A stretch of 64,000 bases of DNA from Takakia lepidozioides (taxonomy: Eukaryota; Plantae; Bryophyta): the NCBI GenBank assembly GCA_030704615.1, contig CM060734.1, positions 39,370,001 to 39,434,000 of the forward strand, written 5' to 3'. Shown piece by piece: positions 51,530-63,892 of this stretch; position 1 is the first letter of the stretch, and each line of letters starts with the position of its first letter. Position numbers and translations under genes: made by a program. Below the pieces are notes generated by a model. The model had not been told where the DNA came from and did not search any database. It was given only the letters and a program-made list of their open reading frames with translations.

Positions 51530-52740
51530 ATCGTCTGATAACAGGGAAAAACGGGCTGAAATGTGTTGAAGAAGGTACCTTCATTAGCAGCGCTTTGTTC
51601 TATCAAATGCACTGCTGCCGCTGCTGTTTCCAGTTGACCATCTACCCACGCAGCTTTCTTGTAGTTATTGATCCGCAGGGAATCAGAAGTAATCTTGTGT
51701 TTAAAATCGACCTCTTGGATGAATCGTGTTCCACGACACCACCTTGTTCAGCCATAGTGTTGAACACTCCCTCCGCATGCTCAATGCTCCCACAATGGCA
51801 TACATGTCCACAAGGGTATTGTTAATAATCAGATCTTCCCCTTTTCCAGCTTTGGTGATGCAACCATGCACCTCTTTGCCCTTTTCCAGGGCTGCAGGCT
51901 TGCACACGCACTGCAAATGCACACAAACATGATGTGGTCGAGCTTCACCCCTTCCCCCATCATCTGCTTTCAGGTCTCCAAAGCCCCATCTCGCGCTCCT
52001 GCTCTGCACACCCTGCAAGCATCGCGTTCCACGACCACATCTCATTCAGCCATAGTGTTGAACACTCCCTTGGCATCCTCAATGCTCCCACATTTGGCAT
52101 ACATGGCCACCAGAGCAATGTTCAGGATGACAAATTTTGGTACAATTGCAGATTTGATGAAGTCACCAGGGATCTCTTTGCCTTTTTCCAGGGCTGCCAT
52201 ACGCACTACAAACTTACACAAACGTTATGTCGGCGGCCTTCACCCCTTCCCCCATCATTTGCTCAAAGGTTGGAGCCTCCATCCCGCACCCCTGCTGTGC
52301 ATACCCTGCAAGCATCGCACTCCACAACACCACATCTCGTTCAGCCATAGAGTTGAACACTGATCCCTTATCCTCGATGCACCCACATTTGGCTACATGT
52401 CCACCAGGGTAGGGGCAGTGTTCAGAATGACATCTGGTAATCTGACAGGCATTCACCTTTTTGCCTCGGTTGTCCCACCATTGTCTGGGGTCAGAAAAAT
52501 ATTCATTCACAACTTCTCCTCGTCTTTGTTACCTGTTTCTGGATACTTTCCTGTTGTCACATTGGCAGTATCATGTCAAAGTCATTCCAAAACTATCCTA
52601 GATTCACTCAACCAGCTAACTTGCATAATTCAACATGAAAATTTAGGGCCGATTCTGATAGGAGGGGAAAACAGGGTGAAATGTGTTGAAGAAGGTGCCT
52701 TCATCAGCAGTGCCTGATTTTATCAATTGTGCCGCTACTG
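51530..52740 (-). pseudogene. Scrambled minus-strand PDF-PPR fragments
   Basis: EYFSDPRQWWDNRGKK exon at ~52457-52550, PLS fragments at 51730-52440 and a second PDF half-exon at ~51579-51725. Confidence 0.85.
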
Positions 52741-52939
52741 CAATCTAAAGACAATATTCATTTTCTGATACACTGTCCGGAGTTCTCTCATTGATAACAG
52801 GTGTACGTTGAAGGTTGCAATGACCAAAAGTGCTTCTAATAGAGTCCCACATCAATTCAATCTCAAAGAAGTTCGTCCCTTGACTGGCTGGAGAGCGTCT
52901 TACACATTGGTGATTCAATGGGGCGCGCTCTAGGAAGAC

Positions 52940-53150
52940 AAACCAAGGGCAAGGACTTCAACTGTAGGTGACCAAGTGCAGTGGACTCGTGAGAAATCCC
53001 AAACCCTAAACGTTCCATTGTGTACTATATCATAATGGACAAAAATTTGTTCCCCCAGTGTGCCAATGTGTTGATCGACATAACTGATATTGGTACCTCT
53101 GACCACTTCCTGGTTTGGACTGAGATCAAAAGGTGTTTTCCCAACACCAG
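52940..53150 (+). pseudogene. LINE AP-endonuclease C-terminal remnant
   Basis: KDFNC..., WTR..., SIVYYII...IGTSDHFLVWTEI, corresponding to the GDFN, IDY and SDH motifs. Confidence 0.55.
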
Positions 53151-55002
53151 AGTAGAAAAGATTCTCAAGGACCTGCACCTGGATCCGCAAGTCTTGACCC
53201 TGCTGGATAAATCCGACTTAGAGGCTGCAGTGTCCAAAGCCATGTCTGTTGCTATGAGATTGTCAGATGAAAATGAAGTTAGGCAGAAAACTTCCCTGAA
53301 CTTGTTTCCAGTTAGTGACATGGGGGAGGACATCTTGGATGACCTAGCTATGGATATGTTTTTCTCATTTTACCCCCCCCCCCCCTGTTTTGATTTTTCT
53401 TTTAGCTAAGGATCTAATGATCCAAAAATCCTAAAGTTTTTAGGAGGTAGTAGCCCAGGACGAGGGCTTTCTAATGGTATACTGGTCTTGTCCTAGTACG
53501 TAGAGAGTTGTGAGCTAGAGGTAGAGACAGCCGGAAACCAAAAGGGGAGTGAAAGTACTATACCCTTGAATTTAGGCTAGTACCATGTCAAAAGGTAGAG
53601 GATGACTGGTTACGCCGGCAAAATGCCTTCCTGTCCAAAAATATTCTAGGGAGTGAGATTTTCTAGAAGTCAACCTAGTGGAAGTGGGATAGCCCCACCA
53701 TAAGAACAGTTTAGTATATTTGTTAGCACGTTTTGTTTTGTCTTATTGGACTTGGTTGTGTAATTCATCCAAAGGGATGAATGTGGATAGGTGAAAAATT
53801 CCATCCACCAGTTTAGGATTGGGAGCGAGTTCTCCTCCCTATTAGGAACGGTTCCCTAAACAAGGGGCATTCCCACTAGTTATTTGAGTTCCCTTGGAGA
53901 TATCAAAAGGATCTTTGGGATCCTGTGGGGATTCCCTACTATTAGGATTTTTTTTAAAAAAAAATTCATTATTTATTATTATTTGCATTGTTGTATGCTA
54001 TAAATTGGAGCCGTTGTAGGCTCATTTATCCGGACCCCCTTAGCTCAAATGTTGAGTTTTAATGATGAGTTCGGCCCCTCTGAAGGGTAGGATTGAACTC
54101 AACCACCCGGGAGTGGAAGGGGCATTGGGAAGGGGAGATTACCCTTTCTCCCTAAACTCGGTTAGGTATTTTGTGAAGGGGCTTGAATAGATTCTCCTCA
54201 GCTATAAGCGCTTCGGGAGTTTAGCCTGCGATTCTTCATCAACACCCTCGACTGGAATCTCTAGCACAACGAGTTGTGCAGGGAGTTTATGGAGAATTAT
54301 AACACCACCGCTCGAACTACGTGCGTCCGCGACACGTAGATTCTCCTAACCGAGACTTACTTGGCGGAAGTCTTTCATCTTCCCAATCAGGATGCCCCGA
54401 CGCACACCAACAAACCTCCAAGATTTGTTCCGAGGATTTGTTTGACAACAAAACACAACCCAATCAAGGGTACACCTGCAAAGACAGCAAGGACCCGGGC
54501 TTCAAGAAGATCAGCCCCGTATTGAGTGCATAACACCTACTGCAGCAAGGAGTTTGTGGAACAGGTATTGATTTGCCTCAACGGGAAAATCGTCAACTGG
54601 GCGGGCTTCTTGTTGAAGAAGCTGCTTCAAGAACTCAACCGCCTGTCTAAGAAGAAGACACAAATAACATATACCATGGCGACTCCCTTGTTACTACAAA
54701 TGATCCGGCACACAGTTCATTTGACGCCAGTAGAGCAAGCAGCTCTAGGAATCATGCAACAAACAGTGACAGTGGAGGAGGATGAGAGTGATTCCGCTGC
54801 AGTGTAGGAAGAGGGCGGATTTGCAAAGAGGGCCCGCATAGACGAAGGCACAGCAAGCATGACGGCTGAGGTCATGCTCACATCCATGAAAGACTCTACA
54901 TTACAGAGAGAAGATGGTAAACAACAGCCAGAAGGGGCAGACTTTGTGGACGTCACACCTACCAACAACACAAGCAATCAACAAACCACTACTGAGCAGC
55001 GA

Positions 55003-55635
55003 TAGCTAATAGTAGTGGCAAATGTTTCAAAGCAATGTGTACAACAATTAAAAAATATATGAACATATGAATCAGCGACGTCGCATCCTTGGGCCAACGT
55101 CGTCACCACGCCATCACTTCTATCACAAATATCCCATTCTGCTCACTAGCATAGGCCAACGTCGTCACCATCATAAGTATCATGATGGGAGATAGAAAAA
55201 CATATCCATAGCTAGAAGACCTTCCCCCTAAAAACCCGCAACCGCTGGTCGTTGGGTGTGTCGTGGAGGCTACCGCCACGTGGTGAGGCGCCAGGCCTCG
55301 CGGCCTCCTGCGCTGGCGGGCCCCACGGGCTCCACCCTGCAGTCCTTGCAGTGCACATTGCTTTTAAACATTTGCCACTACAATTAGTTATTGAATTATC
55401 ATAACTCGTCACCACACTATCACGTTGGAAGTGATATTTATGATATTTCAATAGCTAATAGTAGTGGCAAATATTTCAAAACAATGTGTACAACAATTAA
55501 AAAAATATATGAACATATGAACCAGCGACGTTGGAAATCCATGGGCCAACGTCGTCACCATGCCATCACTTCTATCACAAATATTCCATTCTGTTCACTA
55601 GCATAGGCCAATGTCGTCACCATCATAAGTATCAT
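55003..55635. repeat. ~170-bp direct duplication of the KP4-like gene 3' end/UTR (55003-55183 and 55452-55634)
   Basis: atagctaatagtagtggcaaat...cactagcataggccaa.gtcgtcaccatcataagtatcat occurs twice. Confidence 0.85.
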
Positions 55636-56026
55636 AAAAGTAAGCCTTTACAACCACGTTGACGGTCAGCATACCGTTGGCAATATTGTTGTCTTCTAGA
55701 TAGAAAAGTACAATACTCCCACGGGTCTCGCAACCGTGATCTGCAAGTTGAATCGAGGTCTTGATCGAGTAGCCGGGAGCGCCACCGGAATTTTGACAGA
55801 AGACAAATTTTTTTTCATGTCCTTCAACAAAGCCGCAGGTAATCTGTTCTTCATTGTTGTAAAAGCGATTGAGGTCGATATGATCGTTGATGACGGTCAC
55901 CAACGTTTGTAGTACTGGTCCATAGTGCTACATTTTCCAGCAATACATGCTACCGTGACAGTTGATGCCGAGTGCCGCAACACCACCTTGAATGCTCAAG
56001 GCTATAAGAATGAGAACGGTGAGCAT
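55598..56026 (-). pseudogene. KP4: KP4 killer-toxin-like secreted protein with one in-frame stop
   Basis: Signal peptide MLTVLILIALSIQGGVAA, then LGINCHGSMYC and C-terminal LADHGCETRGS...NNIANGMLTVNVV. These match KP4 LGINCRGS / HGCRVCGS / GQLTVNYV. TAG at 55928-55930; TATA-like run at ~56141-56149. Confidence 0.85.
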
Positions 56027-57295
56027 GTAGTACCATGATGAAATGCAATGGTAAGACGAAGAAATATTACGAGGAGGTCGCTTGAGTTTGTTTGGTTGCG
56101 AGTCGAAAGTAAATTTTTATTGTAACCTTCGAGCGGAGACATATATATACTTGAGATCAGGTTGTAGTAGTTGGTAGTAAAGTTGCCGGTGGAGGACTTT
56201 GATGTCCGCATAGATCTAAAAATCTAAATTTGTTGATCTAAAAATACAAAAAAAATATTCGAATCCACAACGGTAGTTGCAACGAAGAGTGGACCAAAAA
56301 GTTGAAGATGTGGCCTACATAAAGGTACATAAAATTAAAACAAATAAAAATCATGAAAATAGCCAAAAAATGGATTCACTTGCATTATATCATGTGGAAC
56401 GTTTGTTGTTAGGATACTGTCATTTCAAATGGAAAAAAAAAAAAAATGTTATGGAGGATATATGCCGCCACGTGCCGTCGGTGAAGAAATCTAAACTTGA
56501 CCATAATCACAAAAGTATCTGTTTTTGAAAATTTGACCTTGTCGGGCCATCCTTATATACACTGGTTGTATTTAATGAAGACAATTCATGGGCTATTTTG
56601 GTTTTTATATTGTAAAGGACTTCATGAAAATAAGTGGTATTGGCATGTTGATAAAGTACATAAAATTTAGTTTAATGAGTAAAAATGTTAAAAAACTCCA
56701 GATTCTTTATCATAAGAGCAAGGGAGGGCCAAGTCCCTTGTTCCAATTGAATTCCGTAAATGTTACAAAATCTAGCAAATAATGAGTCCATAACAAGTTT
56801 TGTATGGACTATAACAAAAGCCTTTGGGCTTTCATAAAGTCAATCACTTCTAGAGATAACTGTTTTTGGCGAGTCTTAGAAGGTAGATACTACATGTAGA
56901 TAGGTGCAAAGTTGTGAGTCTTTTTTTATAAATATCATAGAAATCTATGATTGTAGACAAAAACCAACAAACTATGTCAAGGAAAAATGACGCAGTTACG
57001 TCAAAAAAATGGAATCACCCAACAAAACAAAGAATACATAAATAAACTGTTTTGTCGCAAATGCTGTTATTTCAAGGATGAAATCGCCAAACTTCTCCAA
57101 ATAAAATGAACAGAATATACAACTATTTCCTACTATTTTCTTTAAAAAAAAAAAAAAACGTTGATTCATATCCTACTTCAAGAAGACATGCAGATGACAT
57201 CTTTGGTATGCTACCACAGATGTCAACTTTCCTAAAGTCTTTTGCTATATTCATATCATTGTCATCGTGTTCGCTTAAGAAGATTTGCTTTCCGC

Positions 57296-57419
57296 TTAGC
57301 ATAGTCAACGTTATTGGCATTGCCATTATAATTGCAGCCAAAAGCGACCGAGTTGACGGTCGGCATCCCGTTGGCAACATTGTTGAATCAAGGTCTTGAT
57401 CGAGTAGTCGGGAGTACCT
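57296..57419 (-). pseudogene. Second, internally deleted KP4-like fragment
   Basis: GTPDYSIKTLIQ is joined out of frame to NNVANGMPTVNSV. Nucleotide match ggtcttgatcgagtag.cgggag to ~55757-55780. Confidence 0.65.
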
Positions 57420-58574
57420 TGGTCTAGGTAGATAGATTTCCCCTTTCTGCAGCTCTCTGCACAAGTTCTAGGTCAAACAACCTCTGTATGCCAAAGATAT
57501 GGCCAAACAAACTTTGTAAACATAATATATGACCTTAAATGGAAACAAATACAAGGAAAAACTATTTTCAATTAATAATTTCCTTTGGTTTTCCCACGTT
57601 TTTTGCGAGTCTTTGCAAGTTCCATTAAGTTAAAAATACAGTGCCCTGCGAGTGCCCGCAAAATCCCCCACCCATTGAGAGCCTGACACCACCTTCGGCG
57701 AGCGATTCAAGTGCAATTGGCTGATTTGAATCAACTAATCAATATCACCATTTGCCAACTTCAATTCCAGCTTCAACCTTGACGTGGTGGCCTTAACAAC
57801 TACATTTACATATTGAGAGATACATTTGCAATGCGAAACTCTGATACCTGAAGAGAGGTCGGGTAACGTGCAGGTAGGATGCTCACGAACATGAAGAATA
57901 TTTTTGAGATGCCTAGAGAAAATCACACAGATAAGCTAAAGAGATTATACTCACGCGACAAAAATAAGAGGACTAATATCAAATTGTACTTAAAATGTGC
58001 TCACATGAGCACAAATCACAACAAATTAGGCTGCAAAGCCTTCCTCACGTCGTCCCTTATAAACCAAACACAACTCATTTGGATAATGACCTACGCAATG
58101 ATACCTGGAAACTTTGCTGGCGAAACCCAATACCTTGATTTATTCCATTGGCGAAACCCGTTGTTTGCCTCATTATATGACATTGTTCAATTATTGTTTG
58201 GTATTTGTTTGTTTTGGATGGTGTTGGTTATTGTGACTTTGTTTTTCCCTAGTGTGTTATTCCTTTGTAGGATACCAAAGCTGTAAATGTGTGGAACTTG
58301 GAGCTTGTAGATATACATTATGGGTGCATATTTCGCATTAGGGTTTAGGGACAGAAATAGGCAGCGAAACCCTATAAATGCACTCTCTCTCTATATCCGC
58401 AAATGGTTTTATTCCGTTTTGAAAACATATAACTCTTGTGACCACGGTTTACAAACATAAAACCCCCATGACAATGGGTTGTGCTCACGCCATGCTCACG
58501 TTCTACCAACCCCCATAAAATGAAACCATATAGATATTGGGACCGATTGAAGAGTGGGTATTTCCAAAGAATGT

Positions 58575-58885
58575 ACATGATGTGAGAGCTTTTCTTGGAT
58601 TGTCTAATTTTTTTATGGAGAATTTATTAGTGCATGCCCTAGAATAGCTAGCAAGCTATTGAGAAAGGAAGAATTTTTCAATTGGACACCCAAGTGTCAT
58701 AAAGCGTTTGAAGGATTTACAACGTCATTGATAACTGCACCTATACTTAAGATTGCAGACCCAAATCTACCTTTTGCAGATCACATTGATGCATCCAAAG
58801 AAGCTATAGGAGCTATGTTGTACCAAGAGGGACATCCTATTGCGCATGAACCTAAGAAATTAAACAATGCCGAAAAGAATTATTG
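58575..58885 (+). pseudogene. Isolated Ty3/gypsy RT-RNase H fragment
   Basis: FNWTPKCHKAF..APILKIAD..HIDASKEAIGAMLYQEGHPIA. Confidence 0.8.
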
Positions 58886-60010
58886 GGGTCATGAAATAAG
58901 CCCCCTAGGGATAAAACTGCAAGTTCGTGTTCAAAATAGTTGATGGTTCTTATGCGCTAAAGGAGTGGTGACTGAAGCACTGTAGATGATGAGAAAGATG
59001 CGTAGTTAGAGACCAACCGAGGTGGCACTGCTGAGACTGTTTTAGACCACAATAGACTGTAGTGTAGACCAAGAGAACGCAACGTGGAGATGTAGAGCAG
59101 TGAATACCGTGGATTGTGTGAGAGAATTAGTAAGGGGATTGGTCACTTAGCCACCGAGTGAATCTGGTCATGGGTTGTATGAAGGTCATGTATGAAGCAA
59201 TGAGAGAAGTGGAAACAGCAGATTCGTACACGATGTGTCACCTGTCTTTGCGTAGTCATTGCATAGCATGAACGCTGTAAGTTGTGAGCATGGTTCAGAC
59301 AGATCTCAGAGTACTGAATATGTAGAAATAGCTCAGAAATGACGGCCTTGAGATTAGAACATGATTGAAATCAACCACTAAGGTGTAATGAGAGCGATCT
59401 AGACAGCATCGGCGAACTGTGAATCGTCACTGTAGGCAGAGATTGGTAGAATACAGAGTCGTGTGGACTGCCTGCAGTGAAATCTAGGGAAGCGTTGATC
59501 AGATTAACATCGTTGAACGGCGTAGCTCAGTGAGGGATGGCAAAGTGCAGGTGCTTGGAGGCGTGGCCTACACGGGATGGTATCTCGCGCAATCATGCAC
59601 AAATGAACAGGGAGTCACTTAGGGGATGAAGCATGTGTTAAGTGAAAGTCGGGTGTGGCCGCCCATGTCGTTTCCTCTTCCGCTGCAGCGGCATGATGTG
59701 GTCGCATTGGACTGACGGGGTGTGTGGCCCTGTTTAGTTCTCGTGGTGGGAAGAGTAGAGCCCCCCAAATTTACCTTATAAGATCAACGTCGAGAACTCT
59801 GAGGATTCTCAATTCATCACTAGCCTTCCATCCAAAACACAAGTATGACCGAACAGGCGTCTATGACCAATCCTCTATGACTCAATAGTACAGAAATGCA
59901 CTCAACAGTACATCATGGTCAATACTATAAGGAAATGGTGGCTGATCTGAGTAGCTACACAGATCAATGAATGAAGCAAGACACTCGCATCTTTCCAAGA
60001 AAACATCCTT

Positions 60011-63000
60011 TCACCAGTAATCCCCACAAGAACAAATCCCATCTTCAAAGTGGTGAAAGCGGTTAGCGTCCCGTACAACAATTGCTCGGCCAACAATCTT
60101 TGAGATGAATTTGGTGGAGGTGTGGCAGTCACCACACACTCGAAGATTCTTGATGAGACGGAGAGGCGTCCTAGGGGTCGTGCTGATCAGCCCAAAACCA
60201 ATGGCCAGCTTCTCACTGTGGTGGCAAAGAGAAAATTCCTTTTCCTCCTCCCCCACATCTTGCAATACAAAGCGTGTGTCAGGCCCATACCCCGCCTCCT
60301 TCATCTGCCCAGACAATCTTCTCAGCTCAGCATGGATCTCCTTAATTCTGGGATGCAACTTGTCATCTACAACGAAGGTGTGCACCCTGTTGCCAACCTC
60401 AATGCAGCAGCGACCTGGCTCCTTTCTAACCCCTCTGACCTTCATCATTCTTCTCACCTTTGCAGTATCATCCCACCTGCCAGCTGCAGCATAGATGTTT
60501 GAGAGCAACACATAAGTCGCGGCATCCTGTTCATCCCACTTGAGGATAGATGTTGCCGCACGTTCAGCCATCTCCACATTGCCATGGATTCTGCAGGCAC
60601 CAAGCAAGGCCTTCCACACCACAACATCTGGATTGATTGGCATTTTATTAATCAGGTCCACTGCCTCATCCAGTTGTCCCGCACGTCCAAGAAGGTCCAC
60701 CATGCAGCCAAAGTGCTTGACTGTCGGAGTGACACCATGATCTTGACTCAGGGAATCAAAGTAGCGTCTTCCTTCATTCAGTAGGCCAGTGTGGCTGCAT
60801 GCAGAGAGAACACATATAAAGGTGATACTGTCCGGCTTCAAGCCGTTCTTTTGCATTCCTTCAAATAGTTGCAGGACCTCCCTATGACAACCATGCTGGG
60901 CATATCCTGCGATCATCGCGTTCCACGACACCACATTTCGTTCAGCCATATTGTCAAATACTCCCTTTGCATCCTCAATGCACCCACATTTCGCATACAT
61001 GTCCACCAGGGCAGTGTCCAGAATGACACTTGGTACAATTCCAGCTTTGATGATGTCACCATGCACCTCTTTGCCCTTTTCCAGGGCTGCCAGGCTTGCA
61101 CAAGCATTGCAAACGCACACAAACGTGATGTGGTTGGGCTTCACCCTTCCCCCATCATTTGCTCATAGGTCTCCAAAGCCTCCATCCCGCGCCCTTGCTG
61201 TGCATATCCTGCAATCATTGCACTCCACGACACCACATCTCGTTCAGCCATACTGTCGAACACTTCCTCCGCATCCTCGATGCACCCACATTTGGCATAC
61301 ATGTCCACGAGGGTATTGTTCAGAATCACATCTGGTACAATTCCAGCTTTGGCAATGCAACCATGCACCTCTTTGCCCTTTTCCAGGGCTGCCAGGCTTG
61401 CACACGCACTGCAAACGCACACAAAACGTGATGTGGTCGGGCTTCACCCCTTCCCCCATCATTTGCTCATAGGTCTCCAAAGCCTCCATCCCGCGCCCCT
61501 GCTGTGCATACCCTGCAAGCATCGCGTTCCACGACACCACATTTCGTTCAGCCATATTGTTGAACACTCCCTTCGCATCCTCCATGCTCCCACATTTCGC
61601 ATACATGTCCACCAGGGCAGTGTTCAGGACAACATTTGGTACAATTTCAGCTTTGATGATGTCACCATGGACCTCTTTGCCCTTTTCCAGGACTGCCAGG
61701 CTCGCACAAGCATTGCAAACACACACAAACGTGATGTGGTTGGGCTTCACCCCTTCCCCCATCATTTGCTCATAGGTCTCCAAAGCCTCCATCCCGCGCC
61801 CCTGCTGTGCATATCCTGCAAGCATGGTGTTCCATGACACCAAATCTCGTTCAGCCATACTGTTGAACACTCCCTTCGCATCCTCGATGCTCCCACATTT
61901 GGCATACATGTCCACCAGGGCATTGTTCAGAATGACATCAGGTACAATTCCAGATTTGACGATGTCACCATGGACCTCTTTGCCCTTTTCCAGAGCTGCC
62001 AGGCTTGCACACGCGTTGCAAATGCACACAAACGTGATGTGGTTGGGCTTCACCCCTTTGCACATCATTTGCTCATAGGTCTCCAAAGCCTCCATCCCGC
62101 ACCCTTGCTGTGCATATCCTGCAATCATCGCACTCCACGACTCTCGTTCAGCCATAGTGTCGAACACTCCCTTTGCATCCTCGATGCACCCACATTTTGC
62201 ATACATGTCCACCAGGGTATTGTTCAGAATGACATTTGGTACAATTCCAGCTCTGACGATGTCGCCATGGACCTCTTTGCCCTTTTCCAGAGCTGCCAGG
62301 GTTGTGTTCAGAATGACATTTGGTACAATTCCAGCTTTGATGATGTCACCATGCACCTCTTTGCCCTTTTCCAGGGCTGCCAGGCTTGCACAAGCATTGC
62401 AAATGCACACAAAGGTGATGTGGTCGGGCTTCACCCCTTCCCCCATCATTTGATCATAGGTCTCCAGAGCCTCCATACCACGTCCCTGCTGTGCATACCC
62501 TGCAAGCATCGCGTTCCATGACACCACATCTCGTTCAGCCATAGTGTTGAAAACTCCCTTTGCATCCTCAATGCACCCACATTTGGCATACATGTCCACC
62601 AGGGCAGTGTTCAGAATGACATCTGGTACAATTCCAGCTTTGACGATGTCACCATGGACCTCTTTCCCCTTTTCCAGGGCTCCCAGGCTTGCACATGCAT
62701 TGCAAACACAAACAAACGTGATGTGGTTGGGCTTCACCCCTTCGCGCATCATTTGCTCATAGGTCTCCAAAGCATTTGTACCACACCCATGCTTGGTAAA
62801 TCCTGCCAACATTATATTCCACGTGATCAAAGATCGTTGAGGCATTCTGTTGAACACTTGGTGAGCATCCATGATGCTCCCGCACTTAACATACATGTTG
62901 ACAAGGGTGTTGAGGAGAAAAATATTTGGCGTGAATCCACTTTGGATAATGTGAGTGTGCACCTGCTTTCCAGCTTCCAGGTCTTTCATCTTGATGCACT

Positions 63001-63892
63001 TATGCAAGAGACAGACATATGTATCTGAATCTGCTGAAATGCCTCCTTGGTTTAAAGTCTGTAGAGCCTCTTTCAGTCTGCCTGCCTCACAAAGCATCTT
63101 CACATGCCCAGAAGTGCCAGAAGAGGCATTGTGGACTCCCTCTCTTGATCCTCTTCCAGAAGCTGTGGTCATGGTTGAGGTGCCTGATTTTATCAACTGT
63201 GCCGCTGCAGCCGCTGCCTTTAGTTGACCATCTACCCATGCAGGTTTCTTGTAGCTATTGATCCACAGGGAGTCATAGGTAATCTTGTGCTTGAAATCTG
63301 GCCCTCTTGGATGAATCTGGACCCACACTCTATCCCTGCTCCTTCAGCTATCCATGCCTCTGCACAAATCATGCATTAATCCTTGCCTTGATGCTAGAAT
63401 CTGACAATGACAGCCTATATTTGTTCTAGGAAACACCCAACTCAGCTTATCACACTTAGTTCCTATGCTGAATTGCGTCTGCTACTCTCTGTAATCTAAC
63501 AGGCATTCACCTTTTTGCCTCGGTTGTCCCACCATTGACTGGGGTCAGAAAAGTATTCATTCCACAGCTTCTCCTCATCTCTACCTGTTTTTGGATACAT
63601 TCCTGTTGTCACATTGGCAGTATCATGTCAAAGTCACTCCAAACTACATTCACTCAACCAGCTAACTTGCAGAACTCAACATGGAAATTTAGGGTCGATT
63701 CTGATAAGAGAGAAAAACAGGGTGAAATGTGTTGAAGAAGGTGCCTTCATTAGCAGTGCCTTGTTCAATCAATTGTGCTGCTGCCGCTGCTGTTTCCAGT
63801 TGACCATCTACCCATGCAGATTTCTTGTAGCTATTGATCCACAGGGAATCACAAGTAATCTTGTGTTTGAAATCCGGCCCTCTTCGATGAAT
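60011..63892 (-). CDS. PDF-motif + PLS-class PPR + E1/E2 + DYW protein. Exons 63745-63892, 63511-63602, 60011-63316; 5' end beyond the window. Two compensating 1-bp frameshifts (~61425, ~61143), so a pseudogene or an assembly error.
   Basis: P/L/S repeats (VVSWNAM.., HITFVC.., VILNTAL..), PG-box-like KEPGRCCIEV, HSEKLA, CGDCH and terminal CSCGDYW*. The spliced upstream exons give LWNEYFSDPSQWWDNRGKK|IHPRGPDFKHKITYDSLWINSYKKPAWV. Confidence 0.9.

Noticed and set aside
54400-54990. TE-like ORF fragment (GKIVNWAGFLLKKL)
   Set aside because: Suggestive of a retrotransposon accessory ORF, but too short and degenerate to assign.
60105-63261. Numerous plus-strand ORFs over the PPR gene
   Set aside because: They are antisense shadows of the repetitive PPR coding sequence.
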